From Chiloscyllium plagiosum (Eukaryota): a DNA stretch of 64,000 nt. Below, in pieces: positions 1 through 11,848 of the stretch (position 1 is the first letter of the stretch; every line of letters begins with the position of its first letter). A program made the position numbers and the translations under genes. The notes beneath the pieces are model-generated. The model was not told where the DNA came from. It searched no databases and worked only from the letters and a program-made list of their open reading frames with translations. The stretch is taken from assembly GCF_004010195.1 (NCBI RefSeq), contig NC_057752.1, positions 6,690,811 through 6,754,810 on the forward strand, read 5' to 3'.

Positions 1-1299
1 AATAGTCCATGCCTCTATTCTTCATACCAAAGTGCATGACAGACAACCAAACTTCTATCCAGGTTTGCACCTTGCCTCTGACATCATGGGCCCTTACCTT
101 ACTTAGTAGCCCCCTGTGCAGCACCTTGTCAAAGGCCTTCTTGAAGTCCAGATAGATAACATCCATTGATTCTCCTTGGTCTAACTTGCTCGTCACTTCC
201 TCAAAGAGTTCTAGCAGATTTGTCAGACATGACCTCTCCTTGATGAAATCATGCTGACTTTGCCCTATTTTACCATGCATTTCCAAGTAATCAGAAATCT
301 TATCCTTCACAATGGATTCTAGGATCTTGCCCACAACTGAGGTTGGATAATTAGTTTGTAATTTTCTGTTTCCTGCCTTGCTCCCTTTTTAAATAGGGAT
401 GTCATGTTATCGATTTTCCAGTCCTCTGGGACCCTCCCTGATTCTAGCGATTCCTGAAAGATCACCACTGATGCCTCCACTATCTCTTCAGCTATCTCCC
501 ATAGAACTGTGGGGTGTAGTCTATCTGGTTCAGGTGATTTATCCACCTTCAGGCCATTCAGTTTTTCTAGCACCTTCTCCTTGGTGATGGCTACTATACT
601 CACCTTTGCCCCCTCACACTCTCTTGAATTTTTGGGATATTACTCGTGTCTTCCACTGTGAAAACTAATGTGAAGTAATTGTTCACTTCCTCAGCCATTT
701 TTCTTGTTCCCCACTACTGTCTCTCCACTGTCATTTTCTTTCCAGCGGCCCAGTGTCCACTTTGCCTGTCTTTTGTCCTTTATGTATCTAACGAAATTCA
801 TGCAGTCTTCTTTTATATTACTGGCTAGCTTACCCTCCTCTTTAATCTTCTCCCTTCTTATTTCTTTTTTAGTTGTTGACCTCTGTTGGTCTTTGTAAGC
901 TTCCCAATGCTCTGGTTCTACACTGCCCTTCACCACATTATATGCTTTCTCTTTTGCTTTTATGCTATCCCTGACTTTCCTAGTCAGCCATGATTGCCTA
1001 ATCCTCCTGTAAATTGCTTCTTTTTCCTCGGGAAGAATCTCTGCTGTGTCTCCTGAATTACTCCCAGAAACTCCTGCCTTTGCTGTTTCACTGTCTTTCC
1101 TGCTAGGCTCCTCTCCCAGTCAATTCTACCTAGCTCCTCCCTTATGCCTCTGTAGTGGCCTTTATTCAGCTGCAATACCGTTACCTCCGATTCTATCGTT
1201 TCCCTCCCAAATTACAGAGTAAATTTGCTCATGTTATGTTCATTGCCTCCTCAGGGTTCCTTCACCTTAAGCTCCCTTATCATGTCTGTCTCATTACAG
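1..1299 (-). mobile_element. CR1 LINE ORF2 fragment (decayed)
   Basis: Minus-strand translations LKVDKSPEPDRLHP..EIAEEIVEA.VVIFQESLESGRVPEDWK and KGHYRGIREELGRIDWE match the CR1 pre-RT/RT region; multiple frameshifts. Confidence 0.9.
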
Positions 1300-2355
1300 A
1301 TTCTAGAAGAACACAGCAAGCCAGGCAGCACCAGGAGAGGGAGAAGTCGATGCTTCGGGTGTAACCCTTCCTCAGGACTGGGGATGGATGTGGGGGGAGC
1401 TGCAGATAAAGGGGGTCGTAGGAGTAGTGTGGTGAAGTGGGGAGGTTGGTCAATAGGAGGAATGGATCCGGTTGGTGGAAGGGAGGGGGTGTGCTCGGAA
1501 GGGAGAGGGTGTGCTCGGAAGGGAGTCGGGGGATGGGAAGGGAGGTTATTTGAAATTAGAGAACTCAGTATTGAGTCCTCCAGGCTGTAGGCTGCTCAGG
1601 CAGAAGATGAGGTGTCGTTCTACAATTTGCAGTTTGGTTCATTGTGACAATGGAGGAGGCCAAGGATGGTCATGTCGGAAAGGGAGTGGGAAGGGGAATT
1701 TAAATGCCGGCGACTGGGAGACCCGGTTGGCCCCTGCGGGCCCGGCTGAGATGCTCGGCGGGCTGTTCCTTAAGTTTACGTTAGTCTCCCCAGTGTAGTG
1801 AAGACCACATTGGGAGCACCTGATGCAGTATACTAGGTTTGAAGCATCTCAGCCGGGCCCGCAGGAGCTGACCGGACTGTCCACTCAGCGCCCATTTTAT
1901 TCCCCTTCCCACTCTCTTTCTGACATAATCATCCTTTGCCTCCTCTATTGCCACAATAAACCACATTGTAAATTGGAGGAGCAACACTTCATCTTCCGTC
2001 TGGGCAGACTACAGCCTGGAAGACTCAACATTGAATTCTCCAATTTCAAATAACCTCCCTTCCCATCCCTGGACTCCCTTCCCAGTCTCTTCCCCTCTGT
2101 TCCACTCCTTCCTGCCACCAACCAGATTCATTCCTCCCATTGGCCAACCAGGTTGTACCCTCTACCTGTCTTCACCTATCCCCACTTCACCACCCTGCCC
2201 CCCCCCGCCACCCCCTTTATCTGCAGCTCCCCCTTACACCCATCCCCAGTCCTGAAGAAGGGTTACACCTGAAATGTTGACTTCCCTACTTCCTGATGCT
2301 GCTTGGCTTGCTGTGGTCTTCCAGCGTCCAGATTCCAGCAACGCAGTTTTTTTTT
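1300..2355. mobile_element. Penelope-like element remnant arranged as an inverted pair of GIY-YIG/3' terminal arms
   Basis: The + arm encodes ...HCKLEEQHFIFRLGRLQPGRLNIEFS (PLE endonuclease C-terminus). ~1304-1750 is a diverged reverse complement of ~1841-2320. Flanked by TGTCTCATT(A/G)CAG at 1287-1299 and 2356-2368. Confidence 0.85.
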
Positions 2356-2871
2356 TGTCTCATTGCAGGTTCACCTGATTTTAATTTACCTTAAACATTT
2401 TCTAAAACTTTTAAGTCTAATTTAGTGAATCTGTGTTTTTAGCACAGAATAATTTTTGAATAAGTTGTATCAGATAATTGTCTTTGACATTTTGCAACCC
2501 TCGATCAATTCCATCATCCTGCCCTCCCCTTCTATACCATCTCCACCTCTCATGGTTCTCTTGCTGCCCCCACCCCATCCGTCACGGAAATTGTTTTGCC
2601 AGCCAGAGCAACTTTGTCATGGAATTCCCCTTCTGTTTTTGATTTTCTCCAGTTCTGTCACCACCACCAACTGTGAGTAGCCATATGTACATCATGCACT
2701 CCAATCAGCTTTTACTGAAGCAACTCATATCCAAATGCAGCACTACCTGGACAACATCCAGCCTTGGGCTGACAAAACGCAAGTAATGTTTGTGCCACGC
2801 AGAATGATATTCAATTACATTATTGAATTGGTTCCATAGAGGCCGGTATCCAGACACCAAGTTGCCCTTTT

Positions 2872-3186
2872 TTAGATTACTTACAGTGTGGAAACAGGCC
2901 CTTCGGCTCAACAAGTCCACACCGACCCACCGAAGCGCACCCACCCAGACCCATTCCCCTACATTTACCCCTGCACCTAACACTACAGGCAATTTAGCGT
3001 GGCCAATTCACCTAACCTGCACATTTTTGGACTGTGGGAGGAAACCGGAGCACCCGGAGGAAACCCACGCAGACACGGGGAGAATGTGCAAACTCCACGC
3101 AGTCAGTCGCCTGAGGCGGGAATTGAACTCTGGTCTCTGGGGCGTTGTGATGCAGCAGTGCTAACCACTGTGCCACCGTGCCACCC
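2872..3186 (-). mobile_element. HE1-like tRNA-derived V-SINE
   Basis: The reverse complement reads GGGTGGCACGGTGGCACAGTGGTTAGCACTGCTGC..., has the V-domain GTGGAGTTTGCACATTCTCCCCGTGTCTGCGTGGGTTTCCTCCGGGTGCTCC, and ends in a TAATCTAA tail. Confidence 0.9.
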
Positions 3187-3261
3187 GCAAACAGTCATTG
3201 ACTTTAGGACTGTCTCTTCAGAGTCTGCTCTGAGTGTCAGTATCTCTGACATTCCCCTTTT

Positions 3262-3502
3262 TTTCCTTTGCTTTTTTTTTTACCCCCACACTACTGCCTA
3301 ACTGCGGTAATGCTTATTTTTTCCCCAGCACCCATGTTGTGTGTGTGCAGGTGAAAGACACAAGGTGCATGAATCTTTATTCAGTTTCCACCACCAGGAA
3401 GAAAGGAAACACCCAAGTGGCCAGTGACTAGCAGTGCCCTTCACATCAAAGGGCAATGCTGTGTGATCAAACAGTGAAGGGAGGGTAGGGATTAAATCAA
3501 AA
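3262..3502 (-). mobile_element. 5'-truncated polyA-tailed non-LTR retroelement fragment inserted in a Gypsy LTR
   Basis: T-rich tail on the + strand, imperfect ~15-bp flanking duplication (3247-3261 / 3503-3517), and the same 3' sequence as 11743-11848. Confidence 0.75.
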
Positions 3503-3775
3503 TAACATTCCCTGTTTTATCTGTCAGCCAGGGCTTCCTGATTAGGCTGTTAATCTGGCCCAGGTCCCTCCAAGTCAGCATCAATACGGGCAGCAAGTAA
3601 TGCATGGGATCTTGCCTCGTGCGCTAGGAGCGTTTTGGTTGAATTTCTCTCTCCTGGTGGCAAAGGCATCGAGGCGGCTACATCTGTCATGTCCATCTTT
3701 GATTCTGAGGACTCACCAAGACTTGACGGAGGCATAGGTTCTGGCAGCCTTTCCAATTTCGCTCTGAGGGGCAGG

Positions 3776-4050
3776 GCATAGAATCCCTACAATGCAGAAG
3801 CAGGCCTTTTGGCCCATCGAGTCCACACTGACCCTCTGAAGAGCATCCCACTCAGAACCACTACCTTATCCCTGTAATCACTGCATTTCCATTGGCTAAT
3901 CCAGCTAGCCTGCACATTCATGTATACTATCGGTAATTTAGTATGGCCAATATACCTAACCCCCACATCTTTGAACTGTGGGAGGAAACTGGAGCACCTG
4001 CAGGTAATCCATGCAGACACTGGGAGAATGCACAACTCCACACAGACAGT
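3776..4050 (-). mobile_element. HE1-like V-SINE, degenerate
   Basis: TGTGGGAGGAAACTGGAGCACC...GCAGACACTGGGAGAATGCACAACTCCACACAGACAG is the reverse complement of the V-domain. Confidence 0.8.
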
Positions 4051-4795
4051 AACAATTCACCAGCCCAAGGAAAGACCTAAGCTCTGGTATAGACGTGGGA
4101 GAGCTGGGGACACCTTTGATCACCCTCATTTTATCTTCCAATGGGTGTAACCTGGTCTTGTCAACTCTATCGCCCAAGTAGGTCACTTGGGGTGCTTGGC
4201 GCACACATTTTTCCATTCTAAGGCGTACACCCTCCTTCTAGAAACGCCTTAGGACTATATCCAAATTCTTTAAGTGTTCTTTTAGTTTTCCCTGTACTAG
4301 AACATCATCTAGATAAGTGCCAACCTGAGGTAGATCTTGCATAATGTTCTCCATCGTCCGCTGAAAAATTGTACAGGCTGATGATACCCCAAATGGCAGT
4401 CTCGTATGTTGGTACAAACCTTCATAGGTATTAATTGTAGCATACTTCTGGAATCGTGGTCTAAATGCAATTGAAAGTACACACAGCTCATTTCCAGATT
4501 TGTGAAGGACAGACCCCTGCCAGCTTTGTGTATAAATTCGCTGTGTGGAGATTGGGTATTTATCCAGCTGGAAAAAATGGTTTACCGTTTGTTTAAAATC
4601 CCCACAAAGGCGAACTGGTGCTGCCCATTCTGCAAATTGGGCTGGTTTGGTGATTCCTTCACATTCCAGCCTTCTGATTTCAGTCTGTACTTTTACCTGT
4701 AAGGCAAATAGTACTGTGCAGGCCTTGCAGAATTGTGGAATTGCTTCCTGGTCAACATGCAAGAGGCCTCAGTCCCTCTGACAGTCCTAAGATCT

Positions 4796-5065
4796 GGGTG
4801 GCATGGTAGCTGAGTGGTTAGCACTGCTGCCTCACAGGGCCAGGGACCCGGGTTTGATTACCCCCTCTGACCACTGTCTGTGTGGAGGTTGCACATTCTC
4901 CCCATATCTGCGTGGGTTACTCTGGTTTCTCACCTCAGACCAAAAATGTGCAAAATTGACCAAATTTAGAGGGATTAGATGGGTCTGGGTGGGATACTTT
5001 TTGGAGGATCGGTCTGGACCCGATGGACTGAATGGCCTACTTCCACACTGTAGGGATTCTCTGAT
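4796..5065 (+). mobile_element. HE1-like V-SINE
   Basis: GGGTGGCATGGTAGCTGAGTGGTTAGCACTGCTGCCTCACAG head, V-domain and CACACTGTAGGGATTCT tail. Confidence 0.85.
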
Positions 5066-6605
5066 TCCTGGAAGACTTCACTCAGGCAGCCATTTTCAAA
5101 TTGAAAAATGTTGAGCCAATCTAGGTGAATCTCACGACCAATTTTGCCTCATCAAGCTTCGGTCTGAGCCTTTTATTACAATTTCACTTGTAACTCAGCC
5201 AACTGCTTTTCATAAGGGACCAGAACTGAAGTTGTACCCTTAATCTGTGAAATTCCCTGGTAAAGGTTCTCGGCCTCACTGAGGTCTTGCGCAAAGTTAA
5301 GGGCAGGAGTCCAGGCCGAATTTTGTTAAAGACTGATTCTTCGATTACTGATGTGACCGCATCAGTATTAACCTCCTTTAGAACTGGGTGACCATTTATC
5401 CAGGTGTTTTTCTTTTCTGATTTGAATGTTTTTGAGCAAATTAATTGTTCTAAACCAGATGTAGGTGGACTTTCTGGGGTGTACACTCTCCTGGATACCA
5501 GCCTATGAGTTCTGTAACTAAGTTCAGATCTAGGAGGATTCTTGAGCTGTTTCGAGTCCACATGCCGGCAGCGACTACAAAGGCTTGTCAGCCAGGGATC
5601 CTGAAGAAACTTTAACTGTTTGGCCGAGGCTTGGCATTGTTTTGAGGTTTGACTGTGGGCCGACCTAGAGTCTCTCGGTTCAGAATGTGTCCTGAGTGAG
5701 GCTATGCAATTGCCTTCACTCAAGTGGTGTTCCCCAAGCTCAGTTGGACTGGAGAGGGTGTCCACTTACTTCAGAATACCCTGAAACTCATAAGCGCTAC
5801 TTGCCATATTTTCCTATGATAAAGCCAGTTGTCGTGGTCTTTTGAAGTCTAGCTGGGCTTCACCTGGTAGGCATTTTTGCATTCTTACATGATTAATCTC
5901 ACATACCAAATGGTCTCGAAGCACCTTAAGGGTTAAACCAAAGTCACAGGCTTTTGTCAGTTGTCTTAACCTAGTCAAAAATCCCAAAACAAATCCCTCT
6001 TGTTCTTGAATTGCTGAGTAAAACCAATATCATCTCAGAATTAGAGGCGGCTTGGGATCATAATATTCTTTAACTATGTCCATCAGTTCTTGAAAGGTTT
6101 TCGTATCTGGAGTCTCAGGAGAGTCTGGCTCCTAATAACAGAAAAAGCTGCAGGTCCACGGGCTGTCAGGGGAATTACATGTTGCTTTTCATCTGCCCCA
6201 ATATCACTTACCTGGGGTGGGGGGGTGGAGAAAAAAATGCATTCTTTCCACATACTGGCCCAGTCTTTGGCAGGATCAAATGTGTCAAGCTTCCTAAATA
6301 ACAAATGCTTACTCCAACTCAAAGATGACTGTTGTGAGCAAGTTTCTTCAGGTTCATGCTTTAGTCTCGTTGCCACTGAAATAAGTGCACAGAGGACAGT
6401 ATCCTGTCACCAAGTCACCCTTAATTTACACAATGATCCATGAATTTAGTACTTATTCACAGTCAACTCTGAGAGTGTCAGTATCTCTGATAATGCCCTT
6501 CTTATCTGACAGCCAGGGCTCCCTGATTGGGTCTGTTAATCTGGTCTAATCAGGGAACTCCTATTCGATGAAGTCCAACTGGCTGACCTTGTTCCAGTTG
6601 TGACA

Positions 6606-7232
6606 ATTTACCATCACTGAATCCCCACTATCAACCCTCTATCAACGGGGGTTGCCATTGAACAGAAACTCAACTACACTAGCTATGTAAGTATTGTGGC
6701 TACAAAGGCAGGCCAACAACTAGAACTGCTGCACTGAGTAACTTGTCTCCTGTGTTGCCAAAGCATGTTCAGAATCCTAAAATATGATTGAATGCTCCCC
6801 ACTTGCCTGGATGAGTACAGCTCCAACACTTAGAGCTTGATATAGCAATCTGCTTGATTGGTGGTGGAGGGAGTAGATGTTTATAATGTGCTAATGTTCA
6901 GTAGCAGCTGTGTGTACTGTCTGCAAGTGGCATTGCAGAAGTTCTCATAGGCTCATTAGAGAGCATCTTCCAAACCTGCAACCACTTTTTCATCTAGGAG
7001 GACAAAGGTGGCAGATACAGAAGACCACCAACTGCAAATTCCCCTCCAAGCGACTCACCATTCCTGACTTTGGAAACTTACACTGTTCACTCAGTGTTGT
7101 TGTGTCAACGTCCGGGAACTCCTTCCTGATATTGTGGGTCTACCTACACGAGATGCACTGGAGCATTTCAAGTGCCGCTGGAGATGGACAATAAGTGCTG
7201 GCCCAGTCGAAGAAACTCCCATGAATGAATAT
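6606..7232 (+). mobile_element. 3' fragment of CR1-superfamily LINE (same family as 20110-22686)
   Basis: Similar to the reverse complement of 20110-20700 (CCCACTTGCCTGGATGAGTACAGCTCCAACA ... GATGGACAATAAGTGCTGGCCCAG, ATGAATGAAT tail). Confidence 0.7.
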
Positions 7233-7874
7233 TTTAGAAAAAACCTCCTGCACACCAGGCACCACCCATCTTAATGGGAACGCACGCTCAAATTCTTCAG
7301 ACAGTTTGTAAATAAACTGCACCCCTTAAACTGATCAAAACAATCTGGACTGACAAACACTTATTACAGATTGGTAAAAGACAAGTTGCCAGAATAAATT
7401 TTAATAAACAGGATACAAATTGCTTAGCATCTGAACTCTGAGCAGCATTGTTGATAATTGTAAAGCAAACATAGGAAAAATGGGAACGCCCATTAATATG
7501 GTGTTAATATTGTTTGCTTTAAACTCCAAACTGTTGAGTTTTCTAAGCTACAAAAATATCTTTTGAAGTGTTCAAATGAAAAGAGGGAGATGAAATCAGG
7601 AAAAATTGCAAAATTGAAATACCAAATTATGCTGGAAATTTGCAGCTAATCAGTGTATGCGTAGAAAGTCAAGTTAATGTTTTGTGTTCATATAAGTTAT
7701 CAGAACTAAATATAAATGAGCATTTTAGGAAAATCAAAGGGTAAAGGGGGGAATAATAGGTCCTTTAATTGCAGAGGACTGGTTACAAAGTTGAATGGTC
7801 TTCATACTACTGAATGATAATTTTAGAAAAAAGATCATTCACTGAAACAACAGAAGGGCATGAAAAAAAAACAT

Positions 7875-8180
7875 GGGTGGCACGGTGGCTCAGTGGTTAG
7901 CACTGCTGCCTCACAGAACAAGGGACCCGGGTTCGATTCCTACCTCGGGCGACTGTCTGTGTGGAGTTTGCACATTCTCCCCGTGTCTGCGTGGGTTTCC
8001 TTCCACAATTCAAAGATGTGCATGTCAGGTGACTTGGCTAAATTGCCATTGCGTTGGTGCATTAGTCAGGGGTAAATATCAGGTAGGGGAATGGGTCTGG
8101 GTAGGTTACTCTTTGGAGGGTTGATGTGGACTTGTTCGGCCAAATGGCCTGTTTCCATGCTGTAGGGAATCTAATCTAAA
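7875..8180 (+). mobile_element. HE1-like V-SINE
   Basis: tRNA head with A box (TGGCTCAGTGG) and B box (GGTTCGATTCC), V-domain and AATCTAATCTAAA tail. Confidence 0.9.
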
Positions 8181-9159
8181 CAATTTATGTGGAAACATTT
8201 GAGAAGAGACAAATACAAACTGAAAGAGGGGAAACTTGAGACCATGAAAAACTATTGATGCAAAAAATGTGCAATTTTATTTTAATTGATGTAAAAATAA
8301 TGGTCTTGAAAGTGGAGGGACGTGAGTGCAACCTCCTCCCCTTTTGCCGTAACAGTCGGGGGGGGGGGGGGGGGGGGGAAGGATCGACACGAGCAATGTT
8401 GATTTCCTTCTTTTTCCTGAGAGGCACAGCTTCGCTCCTCATCTAGAACACCCATTATTGTTTTTAATGAATGTGGAGGACATGGCTAATGTCAAAATCA
8501 TTTCTCAGAAGAACCTCCAAAGGGCCTGTACTGCGCTGTATTTTTCTATGTTCTAATAGCACTATAGCAAAGCAGTCACCAAATTGTATATGTTGGTCTC
8601 CTTCAAGACCACACAATGAATATTGAATAAAGTTGATGAGATTAAGGGAAGTACATGAAAGTTGCTGTTTTATACAGGAATTGGTTACTTTTGCTGAGCT
8701 GGCACTTCTTTTGTCAGACTTGCGAGGTGTAAGCATCTTGAAGCTGTGGATCTTTTGGCACTGTTTGATGGTATGGGTCACTATGTTCCAATCAATACAA
8801 CTATAGGCTGAGGGAAGGCTGGATTGCTTTCATTTCTTGGAAGAACTGCTTCTTGGAAGATCAGTTGATAACAACATAATATACCTAATAGTAATATTGC
8901 CTGTGTTTTTTTTAACTACTGGAAAACATGCCTTTGTAAGATAAACTAGGCCCCTGTGCTGCTGATCTTGGTTTCATTTTCAAATCCCTAGGGAATCAGA
9001 AGGAACAAAACCTCCAAAGCTTGCAGTAATGGTTTATGTCCCTCCCTCGCTTGGTTCAATAATTGGGAACTTGATAAAGTTTCCACATCTGAGTATTTTG
9101 CCTGCCTTGTCACCCTGAGGAGCCAAATTGTGACCACTTTCCAAATACTTGGAACCAAT

Positions 9160-11600
9160 TTAGACCATAAGATCACAAGAAATAGGAACAGGAGTCAGCC
9201 GTGCGACCCTTCAAGCCTGCTTTGCCGTTCAACAGGATCGTGGTTGATCCGCGATTCTTCACATCCACTTTCCTGCCATTTCTCCATAACCTTTGATTCA
9301 AGAATTCCTCTATTTCAGCCTTTAATATAAATAAGGACTCTTGGGATTCTTAAGGGCCTGACAGGAAATGTGCTGTATGTTTCAATGAGATTACTTCTCA
9401 TTATTCTAAATTCCAATGAGTAGAGTCCCAACCTGTTTAACCTTTGCTCATAAGAGAATCCCTCCATACCAGGGATCATCCTAGTGAGCCTTCTTTGAAC
9501 TGCCTCAAGGAAATTAAAGCTTTCTCCAAATAAGGGGACCAAAACTGCTCACAGTACTCCAGATGTGCTTTCATCAGCACCTTGTATAATTGCAGTAAGA
9601 CTTTCCTATCATAATATTCCAACCCTGTTGGAAAAAAGGGCCAACATTCCATTAACCTTCCTGATGACCTGCTGCACCCATGTGCTACCTTTGTTTTTCA
9701 TGCACAAGTTCTCCCAAGTCCCTTTGTGTTGCAGCTTTCAGCAGTTTATCTCCCATTTAAATCATTTGATGTTTTGTTCTCCCTTCCAAAATGAGCATTA
9801 CACTCCATTATTTGCCAATGTGTTGTCCACTTATTTAATCCATCAGTGTCTCTCTATAAACTATTTGTATCCCTCTTGCAACCTGCCTTTCCACCTATTT
9901 TTTTGTCATCCACAAACCTGGCTACAGTACATTAGTTTCCTTCGTCTAAGTCATTAAATTACATTGGAGACAATTGTGTTTCCAGCACTGATCCCTGTGG
10001 ATCCCCACTAGTCATGATTTACCAACCTGAAAAAGAATCCCTTCTCCTCACTTTTTTCCTGATTATTAGACAATTCTCTATCCGTGCCAGTATACTACAT
10101 TCAACACTATGGGCTCTTATCCAATGACTTAACCTCTCATGAGGTACCTTGTCGAATGCCATCTGGTCGTCCAGATACAACACATCTCCTGGTTCCCCTC
10201 TATTTACTCTGGTTGATTGACAATCAGTCAGACACCATTTCCCTTTCATGAAACCATGTTGACTCTGTTGCATTAGATTATGATTTCCCAAATGTTTTGC
10301 TGTTACTACCTTAATAATTGATTCCAATATATTTCAACAATAAACGTTAGGCTAATCAGCCTATAATTACCTGCTTTTTACCTCCCTACCTTTTTTTTGA
10401 ATAGTGGTCACATTAGCAATTTTCCAATCCTCTGGTACTTCTCCAGAATCCAAGGACTTTTGGAAAATTACAACTATTCCATCCATTATTTCTATACCTC
10501 TTTTAGGATCCTAGGATGCAAGCCCAGTATTAATAGGATGTTTAAAGTATCTTCCATTGTAAAGCCTGATGCGAAATATTTACTTAACTCCTCTGCCATT
10601 TCTTTGTTCCTCATAACTGTCTCACCAGATTCATTTTGTAAGGGGCATATGTTCATTTTGACATCTCTTTGTTTTTATATATTTAAAGAAGCTCTTATTG
10701 CCGTTCTTGTATTCCTCACTAGTCTGCCCTTGTAGTTTATTTAATAATCTTTTTAGTCCATCTTCGCTGCATTCTGAATTTATCCTGGTCTTCAGGCTAT
10801 CACTGACTTTGGCCTTTGTTTTTCCTTTCAACTTAATACTCTATTAAATAGCCATGGTTGGCTTATCCCCTTCTAACTTTTTCCTCCTTCCTGAGATGTA
10901 TTTTCACTGAGAGTCATGAATTACCTCCTTTAATGTCTGTCACTGCTTGCTTACTGTCATTCCTGCTAATCTGCCTGCCAGTCCACTTTAACCAACTCTA
11001 TCCACATTTCATTGTAATTACCTTTATTTAGGTTGAGCACAGTTGTTTCTGACACAGGTTTCTCATTCTCTTGCACTGAATATTAACTTTTATCACATTA
11101 TGATCACTACTTTCTGTGAGATCTTTTACTGTGAGGTCATTTATTAAGCCTGCTTCGTTACCCATTACCAGATCTGAGATAGCCTCCTCCCTGATGGGCT
11201 CCATGAGATATTGCTCGAGGAGATTATCTGTAATGCACTGTATGAATTCATTGTTACAACCAGTTTGATTAAACCAATCAACATGATCAAACTCACCCAT
11301 AATTATTGCTGTATTCTTTTTCATGCTCCTATTATTGGTTGATTTATAGCCTATCCCGCAGAGTAGCTTATGTTTGTTGGGGGGGGGGGGGGGGATGTCT
11401 GTGCACTACTCCTACCAAAGTCTTACCTTTGTTTTTTTTTTATCCTCCACCCAAATGGACTCTACATCACCTGACAGATCTTCTCTCTCAGCTGTCCTTA
11501 TTCCATCTCTTCCTAACAGTGCTACCCAACCACCCTTTCCATCCCTTTTTTCTCTCCAAGAGATGAAATATCCATGAATGTAAATTTCCTAATTTTAATC
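9160..11600 (-). mobile_element. CR1 LINE ORF2 (EN-RT-3' end), decayed
   Basis: Minus-strand LEAVQRRLTRMIPGMEGFSYEQRLNRLGLYSLEFR, SQHGFMKGK.CLT, AFDKVPH and SDHNVI motifs. Confidence 0.9.
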
Positions 11601-11742
11601 TCCTTGTAACAATACTCCATGAAGGCTGGTATTCCATCATCAAGTCACCCTTTATTTACACATTCATAACACATGACACTGATTCCACTTAGCTCCAAGC
11701 TGGCTCCTAGAGTGTACAGAACCCCCTGACACTCCTGTTTAT

Positions 11743-11848
11743 TTTTTCTTTTTTTTTCTTTTTTCTTTTTCTTTTTTTTTCTTTTTCCCACACTACCGCC
11801 TAACTGCGGTAGTGCTTATTTTTTTCCCCAGCACCCATGTTGTGTGTG
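11743..11848 (-). mobile_element. Short 5'-truncated polyA-tailed retroelement fragment inserted in a Gypsy LTR
   Basis: Exact 16-bp TSD TGACACTCCTGTTTAT (11727-11742, 11849-11864), long T-rich tail and a 3' stem-loop CACTACCGC/GCGGTAGTG. Confidence 0.8.

Larger units (their letters stand above)
2824..6605 (-). mobile_element. Gypsy-type LTR retrotransposon relic (copy 1) with nested SINEs
   Basis: Minus-strand pol remnants (AEWAAPVRLCGDFKQTVN, RLPFGVSSACTIFQRTME, YLDDVLV, ELRSFLGLVN) and gag-like remnants. TG..CA LTR at 6377-6605 with adjacent PBS-like TGGCAACGAG (6375-6366; resembles tRNA-Ser 3' complement). A second, interrupted and truncated LTR lies at ~2824-3565. Confidence 0.85.

Noticed and set aside
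7875..7945. tRNA-like A/B boxes as tRNA genes
   Set aside because: They continue into the V-SINE body and tail, so they are SINE heads, not tRNA genes.
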